A DNA stretch of 64,000 nt from an uncultured Poribacteria bacterium (GTDB lineage Bacteria; Poribacteria; WGA-4E; WGA-3G), in contig OX638351.1 of the NCBI GenBank assembly GCA_951813565.1, positions 384,001 to 448,000 of the forward strand, read 5' to 3'. The first letter of the stretch is position 1. Every line of letters begins with the position of its first letter. The notes under the pieces were generated by a model. It ran no database searches. It was not told where the DNA came from and saw nothing but the letters and a program-made list of their open reading frames with translations. The translations under genes and the position numbers were made by a program. Of this stretch, positions 20,676 through 31,378 are shown one piece after another.

Positions 20676-22175
20676 ATGACGATGAAACTATCACAATTTG
20701 TTTGGGTATCTGCGCTATTGTTGACGGTTTTATGCTTGGTTTGCGAAGCAGCGGAGACTGAACAATTGAAATTTGAAGAAATGTTAAAACATCCCGAAGA
20801 ACATTGGTATGACCTGACCATGCTGGGAATGAAAATAGGGTACCTGCATATATATCTCGAAAAAACCGAGTATCAAGGCGAGGAAATGATTCGAAGTAGA
20901 ACAGATATGGTAATGCAATTTAAAGGGTTTGGGAATAACATGAAAATTGAGATGAACCGTATTGAGTATTCGGATTCCAATTTCATGCCTCGCTATTTTG
21001 TCCTAACCTCTAATGAATCTGGAGAGAAAAAAGTTGAAGGAAAAATCAAAGATAACGTAGCATATATGAAGACGACACTCAACGGTCAAACAACAGAATC
21101 AGAAATTGTTGTTCCCGAGGGCACAATCTCCGATACGGTCGCCGTAAACTATCTCTTATCTAAAGACCAAATGAAAATCGGTGAAAAACTTAACTACCAT
21201 ACCTTCAGTTTTGATCTACTTCAATCCATAAAAACTGAACTCAGCGTTGTAGATGAAGCAAGTTTAACGTATCAATCCGAAGAAAAACAGGTCTATATTT
21301 TGGCACAAAAGCTGGACATTATGGGTGGTATCAACTCACGTTTGTGGGTTACACGTGACGGCACAATGTATAAATCTGCGATAGATATGATGGGGCTAAC
21401 TATGGTAGCAACAAAAACAGATAGAGAAAAAGCCCTTGATGCAGTAGAAGAAGTTGATCTTGTGTTAAGCACTCGTATTATCCCTACAGGCAAAAAACCG
21501 AAACAGGGAACATCGCGGTTTGTTGGCAGCGTACAACTCTCAAAGGGTAACCTCAATGAAGCTATTATGACGAACAGCAGCCAAAAACTTAAGTTGAATT
21601 CCGAACGATCTGGAACTCTTTCTATTGAAATTCCAGAGGTAGAAGACGAAAATTGTGTTGATTTACCGGTTAAGGATCCTGAATTTCAAACTTTTCTTTC
21701 GGCAACTGCATTTATTGAAGCAGCGCATCCGGAGGTACGTGCAAAAGCAATGGAGATCTTAGATGGTGAGGTAAATTCTTGGCGTGCATCAAAGAAGTTG
21801 TGCAAATGGGTTTACAAATCTATCACCGAGAAAAAATTAACTGGTGGTTTCAACTCATCACTGAAAACCCTTGAGTCGCTTTCTGGGGATTGCACAGAAC
21901 ATACTGTGCTGCTGATAGCGATGGCACGTTCAGTCGGAATTCCGGCGCGAATCTGTTCAGGATTAGTTTTTTCAAAAGATGCGTTTTATTACCATTTTTG
22001 GCCAGAAGTATACGTAGGAACATGGGTTCAGATGGATCCTACATTAGGACAGAATATCGCCGATGCGAATCACATTCAACTTCAGGGAAGTATCCTGGAA
22101 TCTGGGACGATGGTTGAATTCACTGAAGGGGTTTTCCGCACTCTCAATCAGCTTGAAATAGATATTGTTGAATGA
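20676..22175 (+). CDS. Secreted transglutaminase-like domain protein
   Basis: Signal peptide; GDCTEH, YHFWPEV and MDPT give an intact Cys-His-Asp triad. Confidence 0.88.
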   Translation: MTMKLSQFVWVSALLLTVLCLVCEAAETEQLKFEEMLKHPEEHWYDLTMLGMKIGYLHIYLEKTEYQGEEMIRSRTDMVMQFKGFGNNMKIEMNRIEYSDSNFMPRYFVLTSNESGEKKVEGKIKDNVAYMKTTLNGQTTESEIVVPEGTISDTVAVNYLLSKDQMKIGEKLNYHTFSFDLLQSIKTELSVVDEASLTYQSEEKQVYILAQKLDIMGGINSRLWVTRDGTMYKSAIDMMGLTMVATKTDREKALDAVEEVDLVLSTRIIPTGKKPKQGTSRFVGSVQLSKGNLNEAIMTNSSQKLKLNSERSGTLSIEIPEVEDENCVDLPVKDPEFQTFLSATAFIEAAHPEVRAKAMEILDGEVNSWRASKKLCKWVYKSITEKKLTGGFNSSLKTLESLSGDCTEHTVLLIAMARSVGIPARICSGLVFSKDAFYYHFWPEVYVGTWVQMDPTLGQNIADANHIQLQGSILESGTMVEFTEGVFRTLNQLEIDIVE

Positions 22176-22252
22176 CGGATTATTGAAGATTTTAGAACTA
22201 ATTGAACATTGTTAATGGTGCGGTTAGGAAACCGCACCTACCGTCTGTGCCG

Positions 22253-22398
22253 ATGAGACGCAAACTGAATGAAGTTTAAGAAAATAAACCGGTAATTTAG
22301 CGAGGTTAGGAAACCTCGCCAGCAGAGGGCACATCTACCTCGTGCGGACAGAAAATTACCGAAAGAATAAGTTAATCTTCATTTAGTTTGCGTCTCAT
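22253..22398. mobile_element. MITE-like element with 22-bp terminal IRs enclosing a REP-like hairpin
   Basis: ATGAGACGCAAACTGAATGAAG / CTTCATTTAGTTTGCGTCTCAT (1 mismatch); related end sequence near 37055-37090. Confidence 0.7.
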
Positions 22399-22613
22399 AA
22401 GGCACAAACTAAAAGTTTGTGCTACAACTTCTATTGTCCATTATCTTTCCAAGATAAGTTTATCAAAGTGTCCCAATAATTTCAAAGTTCACTATAATCT
22501 TCATAAAGTTTGCGCTACAGCAGTATCCAAGTGATTAAAGGCTTACTATAAACGGCTTTTAAAAGGATAAACCCACTTTCGCAGGTGATACCTGACAACA
22601 GGAGCAATTACGT

Positions 22614-24692
22614 TTGGCTTTTCTTAACCCACTTTTCCTTTTTGGCTTGTTGGCTGCGGCAATTCCACTACTTATTCATCTTTGGAGCCGCCGCCAAGCT
22701 GTGACTGTAGACTTTAGCAGTTTGATGTTTTTGGTTGCAGCACATCGCCAAAATGTCCGCAGGTTACAACTCAAACAACTGCTGATTCTACTTTTACGGA
22801 TGTTAATTGTGGCACTTATTGCCCTCGCTTTGGCACGTCCATTTCTAACACTCGGTCTTCCACTTGCTGCTGTTAGAGCTAAGACTGATGTCGTAATTGT
22901 TTTAGATAACTCTTACAGCATGGGGTATCAAGACGTTGACGGTGTCTGGTTTGAAAAAGCAAAAACTTTGGCAACTGATGTGGTTCGCTCCCTTCGTCAT
23001 GGAGATTCTGCCAGTCTTATTTTAATGTCGGATATTCCGCAACCTGTTTTTCGACAACTCACACCTGATGTTGAAAGTGTTATCACTGCAATACAAAAAG
23101 CAGAGTTATCCTATCGCGCTACAAACGTCCAACCAAGCATTGAACTTGCGCACGAAATTCTTTCTGAGTCAACCCAACAAAATAAAGAACTTTATCTAAT
23201 TTCTGATTTCGCACAGAACGGTTGGGTCAATTGGGGAGTGATTCCAAATAGATCTGGTTCTCGAATTATCTTATTACCTGTTAGTGAAAGAGTTCCACAT
23301 AATACAAATATTGAAGAAATCCTGCCCTCACATCAACTAATCGGTGTTGATTTGCCGTTCCATTTAAACGCAATGATAAAAAATTATTCTGATGTCCCTA
23401 TTTCACAAACAACACTGACGTTTTTTGTGGGAGACCAGAAAAGGAAAACACAGACTTTCTCTGCTACAGCAGATGAATCAATAGTGACCACTTTAACACA
23501 GACTTTTTCAGCACCGGGAACGCATACTGGATACTTTGAGTTAACTAATGATCGCTTGAATGCGGATAATCGTCGATATTTCGCCCTTGAAGCACTCGGT
23601 GAAATTCGAGTGCTTTGTGTCAGTGAACAGACAGAATATCTAAAATTGGCATTGAATCCATTAGAAAACAAGCGGACTGTGGGCGCACTTGTAAAATCAT
23701 CTATGATACAACCGACAGCGTGTACCCCCGCAGAATTTGAGATGTTTCCTCTTGAAGGTTATGATATTATCCTCCTTGCAGATGTGCCAAAAATCTCTAC
23801 AAAGGCACAAGCGCAGTTAAGTGATTTTATCCGTCAAGGGAAAAGTATAATTGTATTCGTTTCTGACAACTACAACCTATCGTGGGCACCAGCGCAATTC
23901 GGTCAACCGATTATATGGCAGATACCGCAACAAGTCAGTAAGTATGAGGAGACACATCCTATCTTTGAGATTTTTTCAGAGAACATCTTTTCAGGTCAAT
24001 ACGGACCACAATTTTATCAAAGTATGACGGCAGCACCTGCTTCTGATGCAACCGTTATTGCACGTTTTGGTGATGATACGCCGTTTCTGATAGAACGACG
24101 TGAAGGAAAAAGTCATATTTTGTTCTTTAACTGTAGTCTCCAACAGCAACCTAATAGTAGTGAATTGCTTGTTAATCCATATTTCTTGCCCCTACTTCAA
24201 CATAGTGTGCTTTATGTAATGCACAGTAACACGCAGAAAAATATAAATGTTGGAGAAGCCTACGTAGAAAGTTTTCCTCAGAATTCTGGAGGGCAGGCAT
24301 GGATCAAAAGACCCGAATCGTCCGGTGAAGATACCATGACAGCGGTTCCGATCAGTGAAGACGGTTCGTTGCGTTTTGAGTCTACAGAACGCCCTGGTAT
24401 CTATCAAGTAGATGTAAAAGCACAGGACAGACTATTTCGAGATTTTTTCGCTGTAAATACCTCAACTGCTGAAGCCGATTTGACTTCAATTCCGCTGCAG
24501 CAGGCATCTGAACGCGTCAACGCACAACCCGGATCAACGAATGAGACAGGTGAATTGGACACTGAAGCATTAGACATCAAAAGACATGGCAGAGAAATTT
24601 GGGGTGAATTGCTTGTTTTGGCTGTCTGTCTCTTACTTCTTGAAGGTTTTCTTTCTAACCGTCAAAGCGTATTGGCGGCAGGTGAAGCATAA
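22614..24692 (+). CDS. BatA N-terminal + VWA domain membrane protein
   Basis: FLNPLFLFGLLAAAIPLLIHL, LALARP, LDNSYSM (MIDAS), ISDF, C-terminal EIW...LLLLEGFL. Confidence 0.9.
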   Translation: MAFLNPLFLFGLLAAAIPLLIHLWSRRQAVTVDFSSLMFLVAAHRQNVRRLQLKQLLILLLRMLIVALIALALARPFLTLGLPLAAVRAKTDVVIVLDNSYSMGYQDVDGVWFEKAKTLATDVVRSLRHGDSASLILMSDIPQPVFRQLTPDVESVITAIQKAELSYRATNVQPSIELAHEILSESTQQNKELYLISDFAQNGWVNWGVIPNRSGSRIILLPVSERVPHNTNIEEILPSHQLIGVDLPFHLNAMIKNYSDVPISQTTLTFFVGDQKRKTQTFSATADESIVTTLTQTFSAPGTHTGYFELTNDRLNADNRRYFALEALGEIRVLCVSEQTEYLKLALNPLENKRTVGALVKSSMIQPTACTPAEFEMFPLEGYDIILLADVPKISTKAQAQLSDFIRQGKSIIVFVSDNYNLSWAPAQFGQPIIWQIPQQVSKYEETHPIFEIFSENIFSGQYGPQFYQSMTAAPASDATVIARFGDDTPFLIERREGKSHILFFNCSLQQQPNSSELLVNPYFLPLLQHSVLYVMHSNTQKNINVGEAYVESFPQNSGGQAWIKRPESSGEDTMTAVPISEDGSLRFESTERPGIYQVDVKAQDRLFRDFFAVNTSTAEADLTSIPLQQASERVNAQPGSTNETGELDTEALDIKRHGREIWGELLVLAVCLLLLEGFLSNRQSVLAAGEA

Positions 24693-26659
24693 TGGTAGAT
24701 TTCAAGGGAATACGCAGTTTTCACAGTACTGTCTGTCTTTATATGCGCCAGTTTTCTACTTGCCTACACTATAGTTTTTTGTTTTTAATGATGATACTTT
24801 GCCTCAACGCACAACCTATTTTTAGTAATCAAGCCAATGTTGTCCGTAGTCTTGTAATAAAGGGTAATCGCTCATTTTCCAGAGAACAAATTCAGAATCT
24901 GATACAAACAAGTGTTGGAGAATCCTATGATGTTGAGATGTTGAAAAAGGATTCTGAAAAGATTACTCGTTTTTTACACAATAAAGGCATCACTTATGCG
25001 AGAGTGACCGAATCTCCAAAAAAATTTGAGGATGGTGTTTATATCAGCATTGCAATAGATGAGGGAATAATTGACGCAATTACACTATCGGGGAATACGA
25101 AAACTAAAGATAATGTCATTTTACGTGAATTGCTATTTCAGAAAGGCGATATCTATGTTGAAGCGGATAAAAAAGAGAGCGAACGTATTCTAAGACAGAA
25201 ACGTTATATCGGTGCCGCAAAGATTGAGTCCAAATGGGATGCAGAATTGCAAAAAGTCGCAATTCATGTTACCGTTACAGAACTGTTTTCTTTAACCGGT
25301 GCGCTTGATCCAGGAATTAACAATCAAAGTGGGTATTTTCTTGCGCAAGTCAGAGAAGCTAATATTTTCGGCTCTGGGCAAGCAGGGCAAATTAGATATG
25401 AACGGATTACTGAAGCAGGAGAGAAAACTCGCGGGCTTTTTACTTGGAAATATAGGATGCCCCGTCTTGTCAATTCTCATTGGAACTTCGATAGTGAATA
25501 CGTCCAGAAGCGTGAAGGTGATTCATGGCGCGTTTTATTGGAGCGACCTCAATATACCTTAAAAAGCCGTTGGAGTGCAAATTTCAGCATCTCTGAATTA
25601 ATTAATGAAGTACGTTGGTACGAAAATGGAGAAAAAACTGATATTTTTGAGCAAACGCTCCACAAAACATCCGGTAATATACTACAGTACTTTGGAGACC
25701 GCCATCATCAAAACTACTTAGGCTTCTGGTTTGACTCACACCGTACAATCTACTTTCCAATTGAGTCTATCAGGGTTTCGGACGCGTCCCCATCTAATCG
25801 TAACATCAAACGCGTAGGTATTACGCTCGGACGGAGAAATGTTGGTTTCCATCAAACACGATTCCTCAGAGGAATGGGAGGAGATGAAGATTTTTTGAGT
25901 GGCTCTCAATTCCACACATCTATTGGATATGCTTCTCCATTATATGGTTCTGAGCGCACTGAATATTATGCAGCCTTTGGTGTTAATGGCGGTTGGGTAA
26001 GTCAAAATCGGTTTTTTGGCACTGCACGCATCACATTTGAAACAAGTTTTACTAACCAGATTGAACGTTCTGTTTTGCAAGCACGAAGTGCGTTATTTTT
26101 TCGAGATGTATTCAACACAGGTGACATTTATAGAGTAGATACAGGATTTCGTGAGAACGGTTTATTTGATTTTCAACAGACGTTTGTCGCACAATTTAAA
26201 TCGGAGATGCAGTTTGGATGGCGTGGTGAAAGCCAAGTTGTTTTAGGTTCTGGCAACGGTTTGCGTGGATACGGACTTCGACAGTTTAACGGTGAAAAAA
26301 TGATGGTGCTAAGTTTAGAAAGCCGCACCCTTTGCGGCGGTGACTTCTTCAGAAAGATTAATGACGGTCTGACCAAGGTGTCTACATTCTTTGCTAAGCC
26401 TTTTATTAAAGATCGCATCGTTGACCTCGGTCTCATCTTGAGTGCGACTGTTTTTACGGATATTGGTTACATCTGGGATAGTTATAATACATTTGATATA
26501 CAAGAAGTAAAATCGAGCGTAGGATTTGGGTTACGCGGTAGTGTTTCTCAGGTAAGCGATGCAGGTATCTTTCGGATTGAACTCGCGTTTCCGCTTGATC
26601 CGCCATTGACCCCACCATTGCGACCACAGATTTTTTATGGCGTTGAGCGAGCTTTCTAA
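24692..26659 (+). CDS. Omp85 (BamA/TamA-like) outer-membrane protein with POTRA domains
   Basis: IKGNRSF and GNTKTKDNVILREL POTRA motifs, LRGY, SVGFGLR, terminal Phe; true start may lie further downstream. Confidence 0.85.
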   Translation: MVDFKGIRSFHSTVCLYMRQFSTCLHYSFLFLMMILCLNAQPIFSNQANVVRSLVIKGNRSFSREQIQNLIQTSVGESYDVEMLKKDSEKITRFLHNKGITYARVTESPKKFEDGVYISIAIDEGIIDAITLSGNTKTKDNVILRELLFQKGDIYVEADKKESERILRQKRYIGAAKIESKWDAELQKVAIHVTVTELFSLTGALDPGINNQSGYFLAQVREANIFGSGQAGQIRYERITEAGEKTRGLFTWKYRMPRLVNSHWNFDSEYVQKREGDSWRVLLERPQYTLKSRWSANFSISELINEVRWYENGEKTDIFEQTLHKTSGNILQYFGDRHHQNYLGFWFDSHRTIYFPIESIRVSDASPSNRNIKRVGITLGRRNVGFHQTRFLRGMGGDEDFLSGSQFHTSIGYASPLYGSERTEYYAAFGVNGGWVSQNRFFGTARITFETSFTNQIERSVLQARSALFFRDVFNTGDIYRVDTGFRENGLFDFQQTFVAQFKSEMQFGWRGESQVVLGSGNGLRGYGLRQFNGEKMMVLSLESRTLCGGDFFRKINDGLTKVSTFFAKPFIKDRIVDLGLILSATVFTDIGYIWDSYNTFDIQEVKSSVGFGLRGSVSQVSDAGIFRIELAFPLDPPLTPPLRPQIFYGVERAF

Positions 26660-26687
26660 ATTTCATCAAAAACAATGATACAGATTT

Positions 26688-28595
26688 ATGGACAAACCGC
26701 CACGCGTATCAACCGAAAATATCACATGGCGAGCCATAGTTTTAGGACTGCTAACACTTCCGCTTAATATCTACCTTGTTGTTCAAACAGAAACTGTTTG
26801 GACAACACAATATCCCACCACGATGGCGATTTTTTTCAACGCCGTCTTTACACTTTTCCTTGTCGCAATCTGCAACCTGTTTCTAACACGATATCTTCCA
26901 AAATGGAAACTTACACAAGCAGAAATGCTAACCGTCTATCTCATGGTAACGTTGGCATGTGTTGTCTGCGGACATGATTTGTTGCAGGCAACAATGTGTA
27001 TTCTTGGACACGCCAGTTGGTTTGCTACGCCAGAGAATGAATGGCAATCCCTTTTCTTTCGATACATACCAGACTGGATTGCAGTGATGGACCGCGGGGC
27101 CTTAACAGGTTATTATGAAGGAACATCTAACCTGTTTGAAATGGAACATATTCGGGCATGGCTTACACCTGTCCTGTTTTGGCTACTTTTCTTTTCTGCG
27201 CTCGTTTTTTCCATGATAATGCTCAGTGCGATCCTCCGAAAGCAGTGGATTGAACATGAGAAACTGAGCTACCCGATTATATTGCTCCCTTATGAAATGA
27301 CAAAGGGAAGTGTTTTCTATAAAAACCGACTCCTCTGGGTCGGGTTCGGCGTAGGATTAGGACTTGATCTGCTAAACGGGATGAATTTCCTCTTTCCTTT
27401 CGTTCCCGGGATTCCTATTCGGCATGATATTGGTCGGATGTTCACGGAAAAACCGCTCAACGCTATCGGTTCAACGCCCATCCACTTGAACCCCTATGCA
27501 ATAGGAATAGGTTTTTTAATGCCGCTTGATTTGTCGCTGTCCTGCTGGGTTTTCTACCTATTTTGGAAGGTGCAACTCATTTTCGGATCCATGTCAGGTT
27601 TGAATCAGACACCTGGTTACCCTCATATTGATATGCAATCACTTGGTGCATACTTTGGATTATGTTTCTTTGCGCTCTGGATAACACATAAGCACTTATG
27701 GAAAGTATTCCGAAATATTATCGGCATGAAAACTGACCTTGACTCGTCAAGTGAACCGATTGGGTATCGCGGTGCGTTTTTCGGGTTTTTGATTAGTATT
27801 GCAATTGTGTTTGGATTTTGCCTGACAGCAGGCATGTCATGGTGGGGAATCCTTGGATTCTTCAGCATTCATTTTATACTGGTTTTAGCGTTCACTCGGA
27901 TGCGTGCTGAACTTGGAACACCAACACAGGATTTCTATCGTGCAGGTCCGAGTTTTTTCCTAACCTCACTTTTTGGGTCCAGAAAAATTGGGGCACAAAC
28001 GTTAACAGGGTTCTCGTTCCTATACGGTTTTACCCGCAATTATCGCTCACAACCGATGCCGAATCAACTTGAAGGTTTTAAACTTGCTGAAAAAGGGGCA
28101 ATCAACAACCGCCAACTGCTTTGGGTGATGTGGGGATCATCGGTCATCGGACTATTCATCGGGTTTGTGGCTTTCCTACATGCAGGTTATCTACACGGAA
28201 GTTTAGGAACATGGCGCGGACAAGAAGCGTTCAACGATCTTCAACGTTGGTTGACATTTCCAAGTGATACAGAATGGAGACATCTCGGTTTCTTCGGTTT
28301 TGGAATTGTCCTCACACTGAGCACGCTTTTTATGCGGTTACGGTTTATCTGGTGGCAGCTGCACCCACTTGCCTATCCGCTTGCTGGGAATTGGAACTTC
28401 GGCAGGCTTTGGTTTCCTGTGTTTTTAGCATGGGTGATAAAGTCTATACTTGTTCGACACGGCGGAATTGGCGCGTACCGTAAGGCTCTCCCACTGTTTT
28501 TTGGTGCAATGTTAGGCGAATTTGTTATGGGAAGTTTATGGGCAATTTTGGGTTTGTCTTTAGGACAACGGATGTACTCGTTTAAGCATTGGTAG
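26688..28595 (+). CDS. Multi-pass membrane protein (DUF6785/DUF6784-like putative transporter)
   Basis: About 16 hydrophobic segments; RKQWIEHEKLSYP, RMRAELG, WWQLHPLAY. Confidence 0.75.
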   Translation: MDKPPRVSTENITWRAIVLGLLTLPLNIYLVVQTETVWTTQYPTTMAIFFNAVFTLFLVAICNLFLTRYLPKWKLTQAEMLTVYLMVTLACVVCGHDLLQATMCILGHASWFATPENEWQSLFFRYIPDWIAVMDRGALTGYYEGTSNLFEMEHIRAWLTPVLFWLLFFSALVFSMIMLSAILRKQWIEHEKLSYPIILLPYEMTKGSVFYKNRLLWVGFGVGLGLDLLNGMNFLFPFVPGIPIRHDIGRMFTEKPLNAIGSTPIHLNPYAIGIGFLMPLDLSLSCWVFYLFWKVQLIFGSMSGLNQTPGYPHIDMQSLGAYFGLCFFALWITHKHLWKVFRNIIGMKTDLDSSSEPIGYRGAFFGFLISIAIVFGFCLTAGMSWWGILGFFSIHFILVLAFTRMRAELGTPTQDFYRAGPSFFLTSLFGSRKIGAQTLTGFSFLYGFTRNYRSQPMPNQLEGFKLAEKGAINNRQLLWVMWGSSVIGLFIGFVAFLHAGYLHGSLGTWRGQEAFNDLQRWLTFPSDTEWRHLGFFGFGIVLTLSTLFMRLRFIWWQLHPLAYPLAGNWNFGRLWFPVFLAWVIKSILVRHGGIGAYRKALPLFFGAMLGEFVMGSLWAILGLSLGQRMYSFKHW

Positions 28596-28647
28596 AAACA
28601 GAAAATCTATCAAGTGGAATATTCTTGCTTATAGTGAAACCTAAAAA

Positions 28648-29009
28648 TAACGTGAGTTTGATAATTAGACCCAAATGTAGATGTCCGTTGGGTAGAGCGA
28701 AGCGAAACCCATAACTGTCAACTTAAGAAAAAATGCTGGATATTCTCTTGTGGGAGGGGTTTTTAACCCCTCCCACAAGAAGGTATATCCTTAAATTGAC
28801 GCCTATGGGTAGAGCGAAACCCAACAATTCAACCATCTTGACAGTCCTAAAGAGTTGGGTTTCACTTATTTTTTCAGAAATGTAGACCTCAAATGGGTCA
28901 ACAACCTCTCTTTAGAGGCTGTTTTTATTGCCCATTTTTGTTCTACCCCACCGAATGCCGTAGGCGCATTCGGTGTTGATTCCCTACGGGATTTATCAAA
29001 CTCACGTTA
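28648..29009. mobile_element. Composite MITE, copy 1 (17-bp TIR TAACGTGAGTTTGATAA)
   Basis: TIRs at 28648-28664 and 28993-29009; nested IR element 28710-28807; related copy at 35594-36041. Confidence 0.8.
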
Positions 29010-29127
29010 CTATAAAATATTTTTTTCAGTTATCATAACCAACTATAGTTTGGACAATTCTTGTCTCGTCAATGTTGAGTTTCAACGGAAGAACTATTGT
29101 TATACACGCCGCGACCAAGGCGAGGGT

Positions 29128-29592
29128 TTAACGATTAGCAGGTGGAGTTTGTATACCTATACCTCCCTGATCCACCACCTTGAGATTACCTTGCTCGTTA
29201 ATATGAAAGGCACCGTAACCGAAACCCGGAACCTCAATACGCATTTGCGGCACTTCTGACATCCAATTGATAGAAACGGTAACATCGCTCACACTAACCG
29301 CGCCTGAACTCTCCGGCACTAAACCCACGGAAGATATTGATACTGTAGGAGTATCCGTTTTGCGGAGCGTGAATATATCCGTCATTCTGTTCCCATATAA
29401 TATATGATATTCGCGCTTTCGCGTCACCTCATAGTTCTGATCCTTCATATACCAGAGGATTGTGCCTTCTTCCGCAGCTGTATCAGCTCCAAAAATCATT
29501 TGAGGCGGTTGCGAATTTTTGTAGACGTTTATGCCAATCCAACACGTCACAATAACAAGAATCCCAATAACTATCCATCTTAATCGTTTCAT
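29128..29592 (-). CDS. Membrane-anchored hypothetical protein, copy 1
   Basis: GGAGGA RBS, N-terminal TM helix; paralog of 29852-30346. Confidence 0.85.
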   Translation of the reverse strand: MKRLRWIVIGILVIVTCWIGINVYKNSQPPQMIFGADTAAEEGTILWYMKDQNYEVTRKREYHILYGNRMTDIFTLRKTDTPTVSISSVGLVPESSGAVSVSDVTVSINWMSEVPQMRIEVPGFGYGAFHINEQGNLKVVDQGGIGIQTPPANR

Positions 29593-29851
29593 CTGTCGTC
29601 CTCCATTCTATCAATGCCTTGATTGAAACACCAATCGCGCTAATCAAGTGAACAATTGCCTCGCTACTGCTCTTTATTATCAGTTTTTTTGATTTCAAAT
29701 TTTTTTAATTCAAGCGTTTTCGATTGAAGGGTAGGTATGTCTATAGTAAAGTCTTCCGTATCAGGAATTATTTCTAAAAAGATATGCTGCCTTTCCTGAT
29801 GAGTTTCAACGGAAGAACTATTGTTATACACGCCGCGACTAAAGCGAGGGT

Positions 29852-30346
29852 TTAACGATTAGCAGGTGGGGTTTGTATACCTATATCTCCCTGATCCACC
29901 ACCTTGAGATTACCTTGCTCGTTAATATGAAAGACACCGTAACCGAAACCCGGAACCTCAATACGCATTTGCAGCACTTCTGGCATCCAATTGATAGAAA
30001 CGGTAACATTGTTCACACTAACCGCGCCTGAACTCTCTGGTATTACGCCGAGGGTACTTTCTCTCGGTACTGCCACTGCTGTGGGGTTTACCAATATATC
30101 CGATGGAACAGCGATGTGGTGTAACGTGAACATATCCTGTCTGAATCCGAATAATATAGGATACGTGCTCTTGCGCTCCAGTTTATAGTTATGATACTTC
30201 AGATACCAAAGGATTGTGCCTTCTTCCGCAGCTGTATCAGCTCCAAAAATCACTTGAGGCGGTTGCGAATATTTGTAGACGTTTATGCCAATCCAACACG
30301 TCACAATAACAAGAATCCCAATAACTATCCATCTTAATCGTTTCAT
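29852..30346 (-). CDS. Membrane-anchored hypothetical protein, copy 2
   Basis: Near-identical N and C termini to copy 1, different and 10 aa longer core. Confidence 0.85.
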   Translation of the reverse strand: MKRLRWIVIGILVIVTCWIGINVYKYSQPPQVIFGADTAAEEGTILWYLKYHNYKLERKSTYPILFGFRQDMFTLHHIAVPSDILVNPTAVAVPRESTLGVIPESSGAVSVNNVTVSINWMPEVLQMRIEVPGFGYGVFHINEQGNLKVVDQGDIGIQTPPANR

Positions 30347-30417
30347 CTGTCGTCCTCCATTCTATCAATGCCTTGATTGAAACACCAATCGCGCTAATCA
30401 AGTGAACAATTGCCTCG

Positions 30418-31295
30418 CTACTGCTCTTTATTATCAGTTTTTTTGATTTCAAATTTTTTTAATTCAAGCGTTTTCGATTGAAGGGTAGGTATGTCTATAG
30501 TAAAGTCTTCCGTATCAGGAATTATTTCTAAAAAGATATGCTGCCTTTCCTGATGAGTTTTTACGATTCCGATGTTGGGGGCAAACCAGACTGTCGTTAC
30601 AGTTTCACCGGGGGCTTCCGTATTTGAAATCGCGGACCTACCACCGACCCCTACGTGTACAGTTGTTGTATGGTATTTAACTTTCAGACAATCTTTAAAT
30701 GTTCCCGCAGGTGTATTGACATTTTCAGTGCCTAAGACAACTCCTTTCTGATCTATCATGAAATTATAAGTCACTTCACCAATAATATCATCATACAATA
30801 TCTTAATCTTTGCTACAATCTCGGTTGTGTCCCATGCTTCATCAGTCGTAATTGTGTCAGGTAGCAGCAATAAATGGTCTCGTTCTACCACCACCTTATT
30901 CTCAATCTCAAAATCGGGTGTCTCCATCGCTTTTGAGACTTTAGCAAAAATATCTGTATCTTCTTTGAGACGTGCTTTGACAGCTCTCTCAATCTTATCA
31001 CCGACAAGGAGTGTAATCCCTGTCTCACTCACGTAGTATAAAGAAGGGTAGATAAAAGGGCTGTAGTCCGCCCAATCTTCTAGCTTAGGTTCATAGCTGA
31101 AAGCATGATCCGTCTTACCAGCAATCTCCTCACCTTTAGTTGCACGGCGTGTCACCTCGTTTCCATCTTGGTCTTCGTAAACCCAATAACTTCCGAGTGT
31201 GTGTGGAAAGTATTTTTGCGCTGTTTCGTTACCTAACAGGGTAACGCTAAAACTAAATACCAGTAAGAATGTCAATGCTACCCATGATTTTTCAT
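30418..31295 (-). CDS. Secreted hypothetical protein (DUF3108-like motifs), start frameshifted in an A5 run
   Basis: YFPHTLGSYWVY, VNTPAGTFKDCLKV, WFAPNIGIVK; RBS-linked ATG at 31295 is one base out of frame. Confidence 0.75.
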
Positions 31296-31378
31296 TTTAA
31301 ATTCCTCCTATGAAAAATCCCAGACATAGATTTTCTCAGTCTAACAGGAAAAAGAAAAGAGACACAGCGTAGATTTGT

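Larger units (their letters stand above)
29076..30560. repeat. Tandem duplication (724 bp + 754 bp units) with TGAGTTT at all three junctions
   Basis: TGAGTTT at 29076, 29800 and 30554; 29520-29806 reads identical to 30274-30560. Confidence 0.92.

Noticed and set aside
28855..29259. 134-aa plus-strand ORF and the two 71-aa ORFs at 29483 and 30237
   Set aside because: They run through MITE sequence or are alternate frames of the duplicated unit; no RBS or motifs
29128..30346. Diversity-generating retroelement (TR/VR pair) near C-type lectin genes
   Set aside because: Differences are not adenine-specific (for example CTC/CTT, GAT/TAT), include indels, and no reverse transcriptase is in the window
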